In this document: positions 9,267 through 19,573 of the stretch, piece after piece | How positions within the stretch are numbered: position 1 is the stretch's first letter | Layout of the letters: each line of letters begins with the position of its first letter | Assembly (NCBI GenBank): GCA_965242865.1 | Contig: CBDETK010000013.1 | Span: forward strand, 2,752,001 to 2,816,000 | Direction of reading: 5' to 3' | Length of the DNA stretch: 64,000 nt | Origin: Candidatus Latescibacterota bacterium | GTDB taxonomy: Bacteria; Latescibacterota; UBA2968; UBA8231 | The notes under the pieces: generated by a model | Seen by the model: the letters and a program-made list of their open reading frames with translations, nothing else | The model's database searches: none | What the model was told of the DNA's origin: nothing | Position numbers and translations under genes: made by a program

Positions 9267-10982
9267 CTACCACAACACCACAAAAAGCAGTACGCTGGCC
9301 ACGGCCAAATAGACCCCGATCCACACCCCCGGCCGCAAATACCACTTAGGACCATCCGCGCCGACCGCAAACGGATACTCCGGCCGGATGGGTGCTTCCA
9401 GCAGGGTTTTCTGCAACCAAGTGCAAGAGCCTTCCAGTTCCGCGATCCGCCGGGCCATTAGCGGGCGCAGTGCGGCCGGATCCTCGTGGCGGACGTAAAT
9501 CAGCCCGCGCAGCTCTTCGTCGCGCACGGGACCGCGCCGCCAGTCGATCAGCTTGGAAGCGATGAGCATGCTCGCCGCTGGCAGCACCAAGTTCCACAGG
9601 TAAGTCCACCACGTGTTCTGATACCACACCGGCAGGGGCCACTCGTAGAAGTCGGCCAAGAGCGCCGACAGCCCGTAGCCAAGCCCCACCAGCAAGCCGA
9701 CGATCCCGGTCTCGCGATGTACGCGCGTGAAAACCCCCATCAGAATGACCGTCATCAGGGGCACAGCAATGGCCCCAGCCAGCCGCAGGTAGAACAGCAG
9801 CATCCCCTTCTCGCCCAAAAAGGGCACATAGACAAAGCCCATCGCCAGAATAATTGGCACCAAGATCCGGCCTACCTTGGTGTAGTGGGCGTCCGTGGCG
9901 TCCTTGACCATGGTGCGCGCGTACACATTGCGGACAAAGAGCGAGGAAATGCCAATGCTAATGGAGTCAAAGGTCGAGTACCCAGCCGCCACCAGCCCGG
10001 CGACCACCAGCCCGACCAACCCGGCGGGCAGGTACTCTTTGATCATCAGTGGATAGGCTTGATCGACGATTTCCAAGCCGGGAAACTGCGCCCGCGCCAT
10101 CGGCCCCAAGCTGACGTTGAAAAACAGGCATATCGCCGTGGCGATGCTGGCCACCAGCGCGGCCATTTTGAAGTCCCACTCCGAGCGCGCGCCGAGGAAG
10201 CGGAGCGCCTCGTACTGGTTGACGACCGCGTACGTGGTCAACACCACTAAAAAGCCGAATATCACGATGAGAGGCGGCACCCCAGGGGGCGAATACCCCC
10301 CCACATGCAGCAGCGTATCCGCCAGCCCTTCTTCCACGGCCTCCAGCCGCGCCGTCACCCCTTCCCAGCCGCCCAGTCCCGAATAGACGAATCCCCAGAG
10401 TACAAAAGAGGCCACGAGCATTGCCGCGCTTTGCAACGCGTCGGTCAGCACCCCAGCGCGCAAGCCGCCGCGCACGATGTAGAGCGCCGAGCTGAGTGCC
10501 GCGCCCACCACCACCACCCAGCAAGTCGTCTCCTCGATTCCAGCGACGACGTTGAGGACTAAGAACATGGAAAAGAAGATGTTGCCCAGCACGTTGGTGC
10601 GCGATTGGACGTTGATCAAGACCGCTAGCAGGCGGGTCGCTGGCCCAAAGCGGAACTCCAGCCACTCGGCGTTGGTGAAAACCCCAGAGCGGTACATCGG
10701 CACGATGACGAAGAAGCTGAGTACGGTCCAGCCCACGGCAATGCCCAACCACCACTGCGCCAGTTGCGACAGCCCCAACTGATACGACCCGCCGACAATG
10801 CCGACGTAATCGCCGCTATCGACGGCCGTGCCAAACGCCGACAGCCCGATCACCCACCAAGGCATGGATTTGGCCGCGAGATACCAGTCAAAACTCTCCC
10901 CCTTGTTGCGGAAGGCAATCAGGCTGTAGGCGACGATGCCGCCGTTGAGGACCAGGACGACGGCCCAGTCTAAAGGGGTCAT
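9267..10982 (-). CDS. Sodium:solute symporter (SSS family)
   Basis: About 13-14 TMs; MPWWVIGLS, EWLEFRFG, GGLRAGVLTD, LPAGLVGL. Confidence 0.92.
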   Translation of the reverse strand: MTPLDWAVVLVLNGGIVAYSLIAFRNKGESFDWYLAAKSMPWWVIGLSAFGTAVDSGDYVGIVGGSYQLGLSQLAQWWLGIAVGWTVLSFFVIVPMYRSGVFTNAEWLEFRFGPATRLLAVLINVQSRTNVLGNIFFSMFLVLNVVAGIEETTCWVVVVGAALSSALYIVRGGLRAGVLTDALQSAAMLVASFVLWGFVYSGLGGWEGVTARLEAVEEGLADTLLHVGGYSPPGVPPLIVIFGFLVVLTTYAVVNQYEALRFLGARSEWDFKMAALVASIATAICLFFNVSLGPMARAQFPGLEIVDQAYPLMIKEYLPAGLVGLVVAGLVAAGYSTFDSISIGISSLFVRNVYARTMVKDATDAHYTKVGRILVPIILAMGFVYVPFLGEKGMLLFYLRLAGAIAVPLMTVILMGVFTRVHRETGIVGLLVGLGYGLSALLADFYEWPLPVWYQNTWWTYLWNLVLPAASMLIASKLIDWRRGPVRDEELRGLIYVRHEDPAALRPLMARRIAELEGSCTWLQKTLLEAPIRPEYPFAVGADGPKWYLRPGVWIGVYLAVASVLLFVVLW

Positions 10983-10986
10983 CGCA

Positions 10987-12024
10987 TCACGGAGCCGGCA
11001 GGTGGTAGCCGTCCTTGCCGACCTTTATCTTGGCCAAGATGCCCGGATTGTCGGGCGGGTCGCCCCCTCCGTAAGTGACGTAAAGCGTCTTGCTCTCCGC
11101 GCCGCGGCCAAACGCCACATTGGTCGGGACTTCGGGCGTGGGGATATAGGCCCGTTCGTCGCCCTGCGGCGAATACACGACAATGCCCGGGCGCGTCACA
11201 TCCCGCACCGCCACGTACAGATTGCCATCGATGTCGGCTACTAAGCCGTCCGGCCCGTCTTCGGGATAGTAATCGACCAGCACTTCGCGGAAGGTGGCCG
11301 TGCCATCGGCATGCAGGTCGTACGCCAACAGAGCCATGCGGCCCTTGTGCGCGGGAGTGCCTTCCAAGCGGAAGATCCCGGTATTGCCGTTGTCGTTGCT
11401 CACCACGTAGAGCGACTGTTGGTCCGGGGACACGCAAACGCCGTTGGGCTTGCCGGCGTCCGTGATGATCCGCTCGATGGTGCCGTCTGGGTCAATCCGG
11501 TACACCGCCATCACCGGCTGGTCGAGCGGCTCGTGCCCGAGGTAGCGCGGGTCGCTGAAGTAGATGCGGCCCTTTTCGTCGATGGAAATGTCGTTGGGAG
11601 CGTTAAAGGGCCGGCCCTCGTACAGCCCAGCGATGATCTCGGCCTTTCCGGTGGCCAAGTCAGTGCGCGTCACGCGCTGCCCCCCAAAGTCGGCACCCTC
11701 AGCGGCGATGAGCCGCCCCAGCGCGTCGAACTTGAGTCCGTTGGACATGCCGCTGGGCGAGCGGTAGATGGCGGTCTGGCCGGTCTGGGGATCGTAGCGC
11801 CAGATGTGCCCGGCCTGCATCCCCGAATCCTGAGAAAAGGTAATGTCGCTGAAGTAAACCGAGCCGTCTAGGGCCACGGCCGGCCCCTCGGAAAAGAAGG
11901 CGCCGTCGAAGAGCACTTCGAGTTCGGCCCCTGCGGGTATAATCGACGGATCGCCCGTCGGCTCTTGGGCGAAGGCCGTGCTGGCCACTAGAGCCAGCAC
12001 CATTGTGACGAGACGTTGCAGCAT
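10987..12024 (-). CDS. SMP-30/gluconolactonase family protein, secreted
   Basis: Signal peptide; EGP, NAPND, PNG, PDG and TNVAFG motifs. Confidence 0.92.
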   Translation of the reverse strand: MLQRLVTMVLALVASTAFAQEPTGDPSIIPAGAELEVLFDGAFFSEGPAVALDGSVYFSDITFSQDSGMQAGHIWRYDPQTGQTAIYRSPSGMSNGLKFDALGRLIAAEGADFGGQRVTRTDLATGKAEIIAGLYEGRPFNAPNDISIDEKGRIYFSDPRYLGHEPLDQPVMAVYRIDPDGTIERIITDAGKPNGVCVSPDQQSLYVVSNDNGNTGIFRLEGTPAHKGRMALLAYDLHADGTATFREVLVDYYPEDGPDGLVADIDGNLYVAVRDVTRPGIVVYSPQGDERAYIPTPEVPTNVAFGRGAESKTLYVTYGGGDPPDNPGILAKIKVGKDGYHLPAP

Positions 12025-12045
12025 GGTAGCTCTCCTTGGAAGTGG

Positions 12046-13578
12046 TTATTGGCCGCCAACCACGGCGTCGTACAGCCGCCGGACGCCTTGGAGATGCCCC
12101 GCCAAGACCGCCTCCAGCGGCTCGTCTAGTTCCATCAATTCGGCTAGAGTCTGGCGGGTGTCGGCCTCTTCGGGCACCGCATACACCGGCTGGGCCTCCT
12201 GAATTTGCAGCAAGTTTTCTAGCTGCCGCAAAAAGCGGTAGGCATCCGTTAGGGTGTGGGCGTCCTCTGCCGCGAGCAGGCCGGCCCGGCGCAAGCGCTC
12301 AAGCGCCATCAGGGTATTGTGGGCGCGGATTTGGGGATGGATATGGCCGTTGAGTAGCTGCAGGCACTGGACGATGAACTCGATGTCGCGGATGCCCCCG
12401 GGTTGTAGCTTGATGTTGTTTTCGCCGGCCCTAATCGCTATTTCGTCTTCGATGCGTTGCTTGACGCGGGCAATCTCTTGGCGCGGGTCCTCTGCGAAAT
12501 GGCTCGGAAAGACAAAAGGGGCCAGCATTTGGCGAAACTGTCGCCATATTTGGGTGGAGCCCGCGGCGCGCCGGGCCTTAATCAACATCTGGCGCTCCCA
12601 CAGCTCGCCCCGCTCCTCGTAGTAACTCAAGTAGCTGGCCAAGGGTTGCACTAAGGCCCCGTCGATGCCGTCGGGCCGCAGCCGCATGTCAACGCGATAA
12701 AAAAATCCCTCCTCGGTCATCGCGGTCAATAGCTGGATGAGCCGCTCGCCCAAGCGCCGGAAAAACTGGCCGTTATCAACGGAATAGCCATCGTGCGGCG
12801 CGCGCGTTTCGCCTTCTTCGTCGTAGATGAACAATAAATCGATATCCGAGCTGTAGTTGAGTTCTTGGCCGCCGTATTTGCCCAAGCCCACCACGCAAAA
12901 CTTGGCCGGCCGGCCGTGCTTGCCCAGCGGCCGCCCCCAGCGCTCCAGCAGCTCTTCCCAAGCCCATGTTAGGGCCTGATCTACGATCCCGTCGGCCAAG
13001 TCGGCCAGCTCGCGGCCGACCTGCCGCACATCTTTCACGCCCAGCACTTGGGCCGCGCCCAACCGCAGCAGTTCGCGCTGCTGGAATCGGTACAAGTCCG
13101 TTAGGGGATCGTCGCTGTCCGTCTCTTGGATTAGGGTGCGGCGCAGGGCGGACAGGGCCAGCGGCTGGCTCAGGTAGGGCGTCTCGTCGAGCAGCCAATA
13201 GAGGTGTGCCGGGGAGCGCATCAGTACGTCGGTCAAAAAGCCGCTGTACCCCAAGACTTGAGCCAACTGCTGCCCCAAGGCGGGGACGTCGTTGGTCCGG
13301 TGATGTAAGGCCGTTATCCCGCCCGTTCGCTCCAAGAATCGCTCCAGCCGCCGCAGGGCTTGGTCGGGCTGGACGGACCGGCTCACCGCCGCCAGCAGCG
13401 ACACCGGCGGATCTAAGGCATGGACTGGGCCGGCCAGATCGACCAACAGGTCCAGCCGCCGCAGGGCTTGATAGGGCTGATCAAAGCCCAGTTGGGCTAG
13501 GGTATGGCACGCTGGCCCGCTCGTTTCTTCAAAGACCCGGTGGGCTAGGCGTAGCGTATCTTGGAGCGCAGACATCAA
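12046..13578 (-). CDS. glnE: Half-length GlnE-like nucleotidyltransferase (one catalytic domain)
   Basis: GKYGGQELNYSSDIDL, RVDMRLRPDG, WERQMLIKAR and NIKL..GGIRDIEF motifs; only 510 aa. Confidence 0.8.
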   Translation of the reverse strand: MMSALQDTLRLAHRVFEETSGPACHTLAQLGFDQPYQALRRLDLLVDLAGPVHALDPPVSLLAAVSRSVQPDQALRRLERFLERTGGITALHHRTNDVPALGQQLAQVLGYSGFLTDVLMRSPAHLYWLLDETPYLSQPLALSALRRTLIQETDSDDPLTDLYRFQQRELLRLGAAQVLGVKDVRQVGRELADLADGIVDQALTWAWEELLERWGRPLGKHGRPAKFCVVGLGKYGGQELNYSSDIDLLFIYDEEGETRAPHDGYSVDNGQFFRRLGERLIQLLTAMTEEGFFYRVDMRLRPDGIDGALVQPLASYLSYYEERGELWERQMLIKARRAAGSTQIWRQFRQMLAPFVFPSHFAEDPRQEIARVKQRIEDEIAIRAGENNIKLQPGGIRDIEFIVQCLQLLNGHIHPQIRAHNTLMALERLRRAGLLAAEDAHTLTDAYRFLRQLENLLQIQEAQPVYAVPEEADTRQTLAELMELDEPLEAVLAGHLQGVRRLYDAVVGGQ

Positions 13579-13594
13579 AAACCTCCTTTAATGG

Positions 13595-14794
13595 TTACGT
13601 GCTGGGCGGCCACGGGTCTAGGCAAGCTCCGGTTGGGCGCGGCCCGGTGGGGCGCCATCTGAACGCATCGTAGGACTGGTATTCCACGGCCAACTGCGGC
13701 GTCTTCAGCCGCTTGTGGCCCTCATAGCGCGACGTCAGCGCCGCTTCGAGAATGCCGCTGGTCAGCAGGGTGCGCTCGACCGGATACTGGGCCTCGCCGC
13801 TCAGGAACATCTCTTCGACGTTGAGCGACAGATAGCTAAAATGGGCATGCGCCCCTTCCGGCCCGCCGTGCCCTTGAGCGTAGAACTCGCAGGCTTGAAC
13901 CTGTCCGCCGACCCGCGCCGCGTACGCCAAGTCGTGGACGTAGCCGTTGAGCAGCAACGCGGCCCCCCGCAGCCCGTCGCTGTATTCCACCACAAAAAGC
14001 GCGGGATTTTGGCAGTGTTCCTCCATCGTCCCCTCGGGCTTGTCGGCAATCGTCGCGCAGGCGGCCTCTGCCAGGTCCCGCGACCACAATCCCGCCTCGG
14101 CGGCCCGCCACACGGCCTCTCCCTCCAAACAGGTCACCGCGGCCACACCCGTCTCGCCGCCTCGCCGCCGCTCAACCATGCACTGGAGCACTTCAAGGGT
14201 GTGGAACCCGTAGATATCTAGCCCGGAAAACCCAATCGCCACGGCCTCCTCCACAGGGGTTTCCAACTCGTGCTCAACCCAAGGCTGCCGCCAACACACC
14301 GGCAGCGAAGACCCGCCCATAAACGCCGCCCCCACTGCCTGCGCCCGTTGGTACATCCACAGCGCATCGGCCCAGCTGTAGGACAAGTGCTTGTCGTTGA
14401 ACACCGGCACTCCCCGCTTCGACGTCGCCATCACCCCGCAGATTTGCTCCATAAAGTAGCGGCGCGGATAGAGCTGCTGCTCCTTCTCGTTCCAAGCGTA
14501 GTCGCCGTGCTCGCCAATGGACAGCACCCCATCCACCGCTAGCTCTCGCCCGCCCAAACACAGGGCCGCCGCAATGCTGTTAAAAATCGGCACCCCGTGT
14601 TCTTGGGCCATCGCCCGCCCGATGTCGTTTTCGGGGAATTGGTCGATGTACATAGACGCGATCGCAACCCTCGGCGCGAACAAGCCCTGGTCCGTGGGAA
14701 ATCCCTTGAGGAATTTGGAGACGATCACGTCGGCGTGCGATCGGGGGCGGTATTCCGTGATGATCGCCGCGATTTTCTTTTGGTCTGTCTTCAT
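13595..14794 (-). CDS. Conserved hypothetical protein, probable Gfo/Idh/MocA-like oxidoreductase
   Basis: IGEHGDY, VFNDKHL, GSSLP and YGFHTLE motifs. Confidence 0.6.
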   Translation of the reverse strand: MKTDQKKIAAIITEYRPRSHADVIVSKFLKGFPTDQGLFAPRVAIASMYIDQFPENDIGRAMAQEHGVPIFNSIAAALCLGGRELAVDGVLSIGEHGDYAWNEKEQQLYPRRYFMEQICGVMATSKRGVPVFNDKHLSYSWADALWMYQRAQAVGAAFMGGSSLPVCWRQPWVEHELETPVEEAVAIGFSGLDIYGFHTLEVLQCMVERRRGGETGVAAVTCLEGEAVWRAAEAGLWSRDLAEAACATIADKPEGTMEEHCQNPALFVVEYSDGLRGAALLLNGYVHDLAYAARVGGQVQACEFYAQGHGGPEGAHAHFSYLSLNVEEMFLSGEAQYPVERTLLTSGILEAALTSRYEGHKRLKTPQLAVEYQSYDAFRWRPTGPRPTGACLDPWPPST

Positions 14795-14798
14795 TCCG

Positions 14799-15761
14799 CT
14801 ACTTGGTCGCGGCCAACGCGGCCAACAACGCCTTGATGTACCCCACCGAATAAGCCAACCCCCGCGTCAAGGCCCCTTCGTCCCCTTCTAGCGCTGGAAT
14901 GTGGTCGGGATTGATGCACCCGTCGAAACCCACCCGCTCCAGTTCCAGTAGAATTTTGGCCATGTTCATGTCGCCGTCGTCGAGCAGGGTCTCCTCAAAT
15001 CCTCCGGCCGTGGCCAAGCTCCCGCGCACATTGCGCAAATGCACCATGAAGATCCGGCCCTTGCGCCCGTAGTTGTGAACCTCGTCGAGCACTAAGGGCA
15101 GGCCCCCAGCCTCGGCGCGGGTGCCGCAGCAGTAGAGATACCCAACTTGGCGGCTGGGAAAGGCGTCGATGACCTTGTGAAAGCCCAAGCCGCCCAGCGG
15201 CGTATCCGGCAGCGGCGAGTCCGAAGGATGGATCGCCAGCTTGATGTCGCGCTCTTCGGCAATGGGCACCAACCGCTCGTACACCGTGCAAAAGCGCGTC
15301 CACCATCTGTCGAGTGCCTCGGGCGAGGGCGGCCCTTGATCGCTTTCGGCCAAGCCGCGGCTCTCGGCCCGGTAGTGGTAGCCACCGCGGCGCGGCGAGT
15401 TCCAGCGGTGGAGCATCCAAGGGAATACGTCGCCGTGAAACCGCTGCCGTGCAATAGGCACCCCGGCCTCGGCAAAAACCGCCAACGCCGCGGCCGCGTT
15501 TTCCAGTTCCTGCTCGCCCTTGTCCTGCCCGGACATGAACGTTTCGGTTATATCCGGTAGGGTCACGCGGTTGATGTCTAGGCCCCAAGAGCGGATTTTT
15601 TTTCTTATCTTTAGCACGGCGTCCAAGTCGGGATAGCCCTGCTCTTTGACCCCGGGGAAGTAGTCGCCCGAGCCAAAGTCCAAACAATCGACCCCGAGCT
15701 GGGTGACGTAGCGCAGGTATGACTCCGACAAATCGCCGTGCCAAACGGATATTTTTAACAT
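14799..15761 (-). CDS. uxuA: Mannonate dehydratase family protein
   Basis: LAIHPSDSP, CCGT, HLRNVRG and PDHIP motifs. Start placed at ATG 15761. Confidence 0.8.
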   Translation of the reverse strand: MLKISVWHGDLSESYLRYVTQLGVDCLDFGSGDYFPGVKEQGYPDLDAVLKIRKKIRSWGLDINRVTLPDITETFMSGQDKGEQELENAAAALAVFAEAGVPIARQRFHGDVFPWMLHRWNSPRRGGYHYRAESRGLAESDQGPPSPEALDRWWTRFCTVYERLVPIAEERDIKLAIHPSDSPLPDTPLGGLGFHKVIDAFPSRQVGYLYCCGTRAEAGGLPLVLDEVHNYGRKGRIFMVHLRNVRGSLATAGGFEETLLDDGDMNMAKILLELERVGFDGCINPDHIPALEGDEGALTRGLAYSVGYIKALLAALAATK

Positions 15762-15865
15762 CGCTCGCCTCCTTTTGCGGGCACAAAATAGCCAAGTCCC
15801 CCCAATCCAACAAGCAGCACCGCCGCACCGCCGCACCGCCGCGCTTGCCCATAGGACCATAGAAC

Positions 15866-16276
15866 ATGCCAGCACCGCCTCCCGACTTCGCGCTCACCCT
15901 ATCCGTCCGCGACTACGAATGCGACCTGCAAGGCGTCGTCAACAACGCCGTGTACCAGAACTACCTCGAACACGCCCGCCACCAGTACTTGCACAGCCTC
16001 GGCCTCAGCTTTGCCCGATTCCACCAGCAGGGCCACGACTTGGTTCTCACCCGCGCAGAAATCGACTACAAGACGCCCCTCAGAAGCGGCGACCGCTTCA
16101 CGGTCGAGCTGCGCTTGGAGCGGGAGAGCCGCCTGCGCTTCTGCTTTGTGCAAGATATTTTCAGAGAAGCCGACAGCGCACACGTGCTGCACGGCCGCCT
16201 CATCGGCACCAGCCTCAACCGCGATGGGCAGCGCGGCTTTCCGCCTGAGCTAGAGGAACTTTTGGTGAACTGCTGA
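15866..16276 (+). CDS. Acyl-CoA thioesterase (YbgC/4HBT hot-dog fold)
   Basis: VRDYECDLQGVVNNAVY..YLEHAR motif. Confidence 0.9.
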   Translation: MPAPPPDFALTLSVRDYECDLQGVVNNAVYQNYLEHARHQYLHSLGLSFARFHQQGHDLVLTRAEIDYKTPLRSGDRFTVELRLERESRLRFCFVQDIFREADSAHVLHGRLIGTSLNRDGQRGFPPELEELLVNC

Positions 16277-16332
16277 ACTCCCTTAAAACGCCGAGCGGCG
16301 ATGTTCGGCTGAGCCAACAGGCCGGTCCGCCG

Positions 16333-16866
16333 GTGTTGGCGGCGGGACCAGCGGGGCTGCTGGCATTGGCACCGTTGATGCAGCCGGCCCCCGGACAGGC
16401 CGCCGAGGCGTGGCTGCGTCAATGCGTACAAGCGGTGCAAGCGCTGCCGCTGGCGGAGCCGGCGCGGGGCAATTTGGTCGGCGGCCTGTCGGTGCTTAGC
16501 GGGTTGATATACGCGCCCGAAACCATTGCAGCAATTCTTTCTCAGGAGGGGATCATGGACCTTATCCGCGAATCATCGTTTGCCCAACTTCTCACCCAAC
16601 AAGCCCGTGAGCAAGGGCTTGAGCAAGGCCGAGAAGAAGGGCTTGAGCAAGGGCTTGAGCAAGGGCTTGAGCAAGGGGGGCGAGAACGCGCCATTGAAGC
16701 TCTGCTCGATGTGCTGGAGATACGCTTTGCGCTCGGCGAGGCGGAACCGTTGGTCGCTCGCATACGAGACATCAGGGATTTGCAGCGTCTCAAGCAGTTG
16801 CATCGGGCAGCCATCCAGGTGCCCAGTCTTGAAGCCTTTGGACGCCTGTTAGACGGAGCCGAGTAG
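16333..16866 (+). pseudogene. Rpn/transposase_31-like gene remnant (C-terminal part only), with an internal ORF at 16555-16866
   Basis: Typical Rpn tail (LAPLM..., RESS, GLEQ repeats, LEIRF, LKQLHRAA). The N-terminal PD-(D/E)xK domain is absent. AGGAGG precedes ATG 16555. Confidence 0.7.
16609..16680 (+). repeat. 12-bp tandem repeat (GAGCAAGGGCTT, about 6 imperfect units) encoding EQGL
   Basis: Directly visible in the sequence. Confidence 0.9.
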
Positions 16867-17002
16867 GGGTGTGCCGCGTAATCTCATACTGAAGAAAGGA
16901 ATTGACCTTATGAAGTTGTTTAGACGCTGACGTGCAGGAAATACGGGTGCACGGCATCCGCTCAATTGCCATCCCCCGAAACCCTAGTTTTAAGAACGCC
17001 CC

Positions 17003-19558
17003 CTACCCCCTCGCCCAGTGGACCAACCCCATTTCCAAGGGATTTTGCAAGTCGGGATGCGACGGCACCACGCGCAGGGTATAGCCATACGAGCCAGCCA
17101 CGGCGCACGTGAAGGTGCCGGCGAAATGGTAGGTGCCGTCGCCGTTGCGCCCAGCCAATTCTAGCGGGTACACCTCGGTCTGGGCGAATTCGTGCTGGGC
17201 GTTGAGGCGGCCGGCGTAAATCTCAACGCGGACATCCTCGGGCGCGAGCTCGCCCAAGGCCACGGCGGCGCGCAACGGCACCTGCATCCCCACCTTGAGC
17301 AGCCGCGGAAATTCAGCATCCACCGCGCCGATCTGGACTTGCGCCCACTTGGAGCGCACGTGCGACTTCCAATGCGTCAGCCGCTGGACTCGCTCTCGGT
17401 CGGCCGCCAATTCCCCAAAGCGAGCCTGCCCGGGCAAGTAGAACCGCTCGACGTATTCGCGCACCATGCGGTGCGTGTTGTACTGCGGCGCGAGCTGGGC
17501 GATGGTCTCCTTCATGCGGGCGATCCAACCGCCGGGCAATCCGTCCGCCCCGCGCTGGTAAAAGAGGGGGATCACCTCGGTCTCTAGCAGATCGTAGAGC
17601 GAGTTGGACTCGACCTCGTCTTGGTAGTGGTCGTCGTCGTAGTCCTCGCCACGGCCAATGGTCCAGCCCGCGTGCCGGTCGCAGGCTTCGTCCCACCAGC
17701 CATCGAATACGCTGACGTTGAGCACGCCGTTGATCGCGGCCTTCATGCCAGACGTGCCCGAAGCCTCCAAGGGACGGCGGGGGTTGTTGAGCCAGACATC
17801 GCACCCTTGCACCAAGTAGCGGGCGAGGTTCATGTCGTAGTCTTGCAAAAAGAAAATCCGGCCATTAAAGGGGGCTTGCCGTGCGAGATGAACGACTTGG
17901 CGGATTAGCTCCTTGCCCGCGTCGTCGTGGGGGTGGGCCTTGCCGGCGAAGAGAATCTGCAAGGGCCGCTGCGCGTCGGAAAACAGGGCCTTGAGCCGCT
18001 CGAGCTGGCGGAAAATCAGGTTGCCGCGCTTGTACGTGGCAAAGCGGCGAGCAAAGCCAATGGTCAGCACCGCGGGGTCGAGCCGCACGAGGGCCTGTTC
18101 AATTTTGGCGGCTGGTGCCCCTTGGCCCAGCATCTGCTGGCGCAGGTGCTGGCGCGTCACGTCGATCAGCCGCTTGCGCCGGTGCTGGTGCGTGTCCCAC
18201 AACGCGCGGTCCGGGATGCGATAGACTGGGGCCCAGTCCCGCTCGTCGGCTGCGACAAGGCGCCAGACGTCGCCGAGATGGCGGTCCAACAGCTCGGCCA
18301 TTTCCAGCGAAACCCACGTGTGGAGATGGACGCCGTTGGTGACGTGGCCGATGGGAATTTCGTGCGCTGAAAAGTCGGGCCACAGGCCCTGCCATATCCG
18401 GCGGCTAACCGCGCCGTGCAGGCGGCTGACGCCATTGGCCCGGCCCGACAACCGGAGCGCCAAAACCGTCATGCAGAAGTCGGCGTGGAGGTCGCGGGGG
18501 TCCACCCGGCCCAAGCCGATAAATTCCTCGTGCGACAGGCCGAGCCACTCGCGGAAGTAGCCCAAGTGCGCCTCGACCAAGTCCGCGGGAAACCAGTCGT
18601 TGCCCGCCGCGACCGGGGTGTGCGTGGTGAACACATTGCCCACGATGCTGGCCTCGCGCGCCGTGGCAAACGAATAACCGTGCTCGGCCATGAGCCGACG
18701 AATCCGCTCCAGAGCCAAAAAGGCCGAGTGCCCCTCGTTGATGTGGCAGACGGTGGGTTCGACGCCCACGGCTTGGAGGGCGCGCAGGCCGCCGATGCCG
18801 AGGAGGATCTCCTGCCGGATGCGCATGGCTGCGTCGCCGCCGTAGAGGCGGGCGGTAATGTCGCGGTCGGCCGGGGCGTTTTCGTCGAGGTTGGTGTCGA
18901 GCAAATAGAGCCGCACTCGGCCCACCTGCACCTGCCAGAGCTGCGCCTGCACCAAGCCGTGGGCAAAGGGCACCTCAATGGTCAGGTGCGCTCCGTCGCG
19001 GGCGTGGACCGGCTGGACGGGCATCTGGAAGAAGTCGTTTTCCGGGTTTTGCTCTATCTGCCAGCCATCGGCGTTGAGGGCTTGGCGGAAATAGCCCTCG
19101 CGGTAGAGCAAGCCGACCCCGACGAGGGGGACGCCTAGGTCGCTCGCGGCCTTGAGGTGGTCGCCGGCGAGCACGCCCAAGCCACCGGAATAGATGCGGA
19201 GGCTCTCGGTCAGGCCGAATTCCGCCGAGAAGTACGCAACCTGTAACGGGCTCCCGCCGTGCGTCTGGCCAAACCACGTCGGTTGGGCCAAGTAGCTCTC
19301 GAACTGCTCGACGACGCGCTCGACGCGGCCCCGCAAGTGCTCGTCATCAACGAGGGCGTCGAGCTGGTCCGGCCGCAGGGAGGCCCAAAAGCGCAGGGGA
19401 TCGCGCTGGCTTTCGGTCCACGTTTTGGGGTCGATCTGGTAGAGGGTGCGGATGGTTTCCTTGCTCCAAGTCCACCAGAGGTTGTGCCCCAGTTCCCACA
19501 GCGGCGTCAGTGGCTCGGGCAGGGACGGAACGATGTTGAGGCGATATAGAGGTTTCAT
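17003..19558 (-). CDS. glgP: Alpha-glucan (glycogen) phosphorylase
   Basis: YSGGLGVLAGD, ARRFATYKR and the PLP motif EASGTSGMK. Confidence 0.96.
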   Translation of the reverse strand: MKPLYRLNIVPSLPEPLTPLWELGHNLWWTWSKETIRTLYQIDPKTWTESQRDPLRFWASLRPDQLDALVDDEHLRGRVERVVEQFESYLAQPTWFGQTHGGSPLQVAYFSAEFGLTESLRIYSGGLGVLAGDHLKAASDLGVPLVGVGLLYREGYFRQALNADGWQIEQNPENDFFQMPVQPVHARDGAHLTIEVPFAHGLVQAQLWQVQVGRVRLYLLDTNLDENAPADRDITARLYGGDAAMRIRQEILLGIGGLRALQAVGVEPTVCHINEGHSAFLALERIRRLMAEHGYSFATAREASIVGNVFTTHTPVAAGNDWFPADLVEAHLGYFREWLGLSHEEFIGLGRVDPRDLHADFCMTVLALRLSGRANGVSRLHGAVSRRIWQGLWPDFSAHEIPIGHVTNGVHLHTWVSLEMAELLDRHLGDVWRLVAADERDWAPVYRIPDRALWDTHQHRRKRLIDVTRQHLRQQMLGQGAPAAKIEQALVRLDPAVLTIGFARRFATYKRGNLIFRQLERLKALFSDAQRPLQILFAGKAHPHDDAGKELIRQVVHLARQAPFNGRIFFLQDYDMNLARYLVQGCDVWLNNPRRPLEASGTSGMKAAINGVLNVSVFDGWWDEACDRHAGWTIGRGEDYDDDHYQDEVESNSLYDLLETEVIPLFYQRGADGLPGGWIARMKETIAQLAPQYNTHRMVREYVERFYLPGQARFGELAADRERVQRLTHWKSHVRSKWAQVQIGAVDAEFPRLLKVGMQVPLRAAVALGELAPEDVRVEIYAGRLNAQHEFAQTEVYPLELAGRNGDGTYHFAGTFTCAVAGSYGYTLRVVPSHPDLQNPLEMGLVHWARG

Positions 19559-19573
19559 AGTTTAGTGTTGTTT

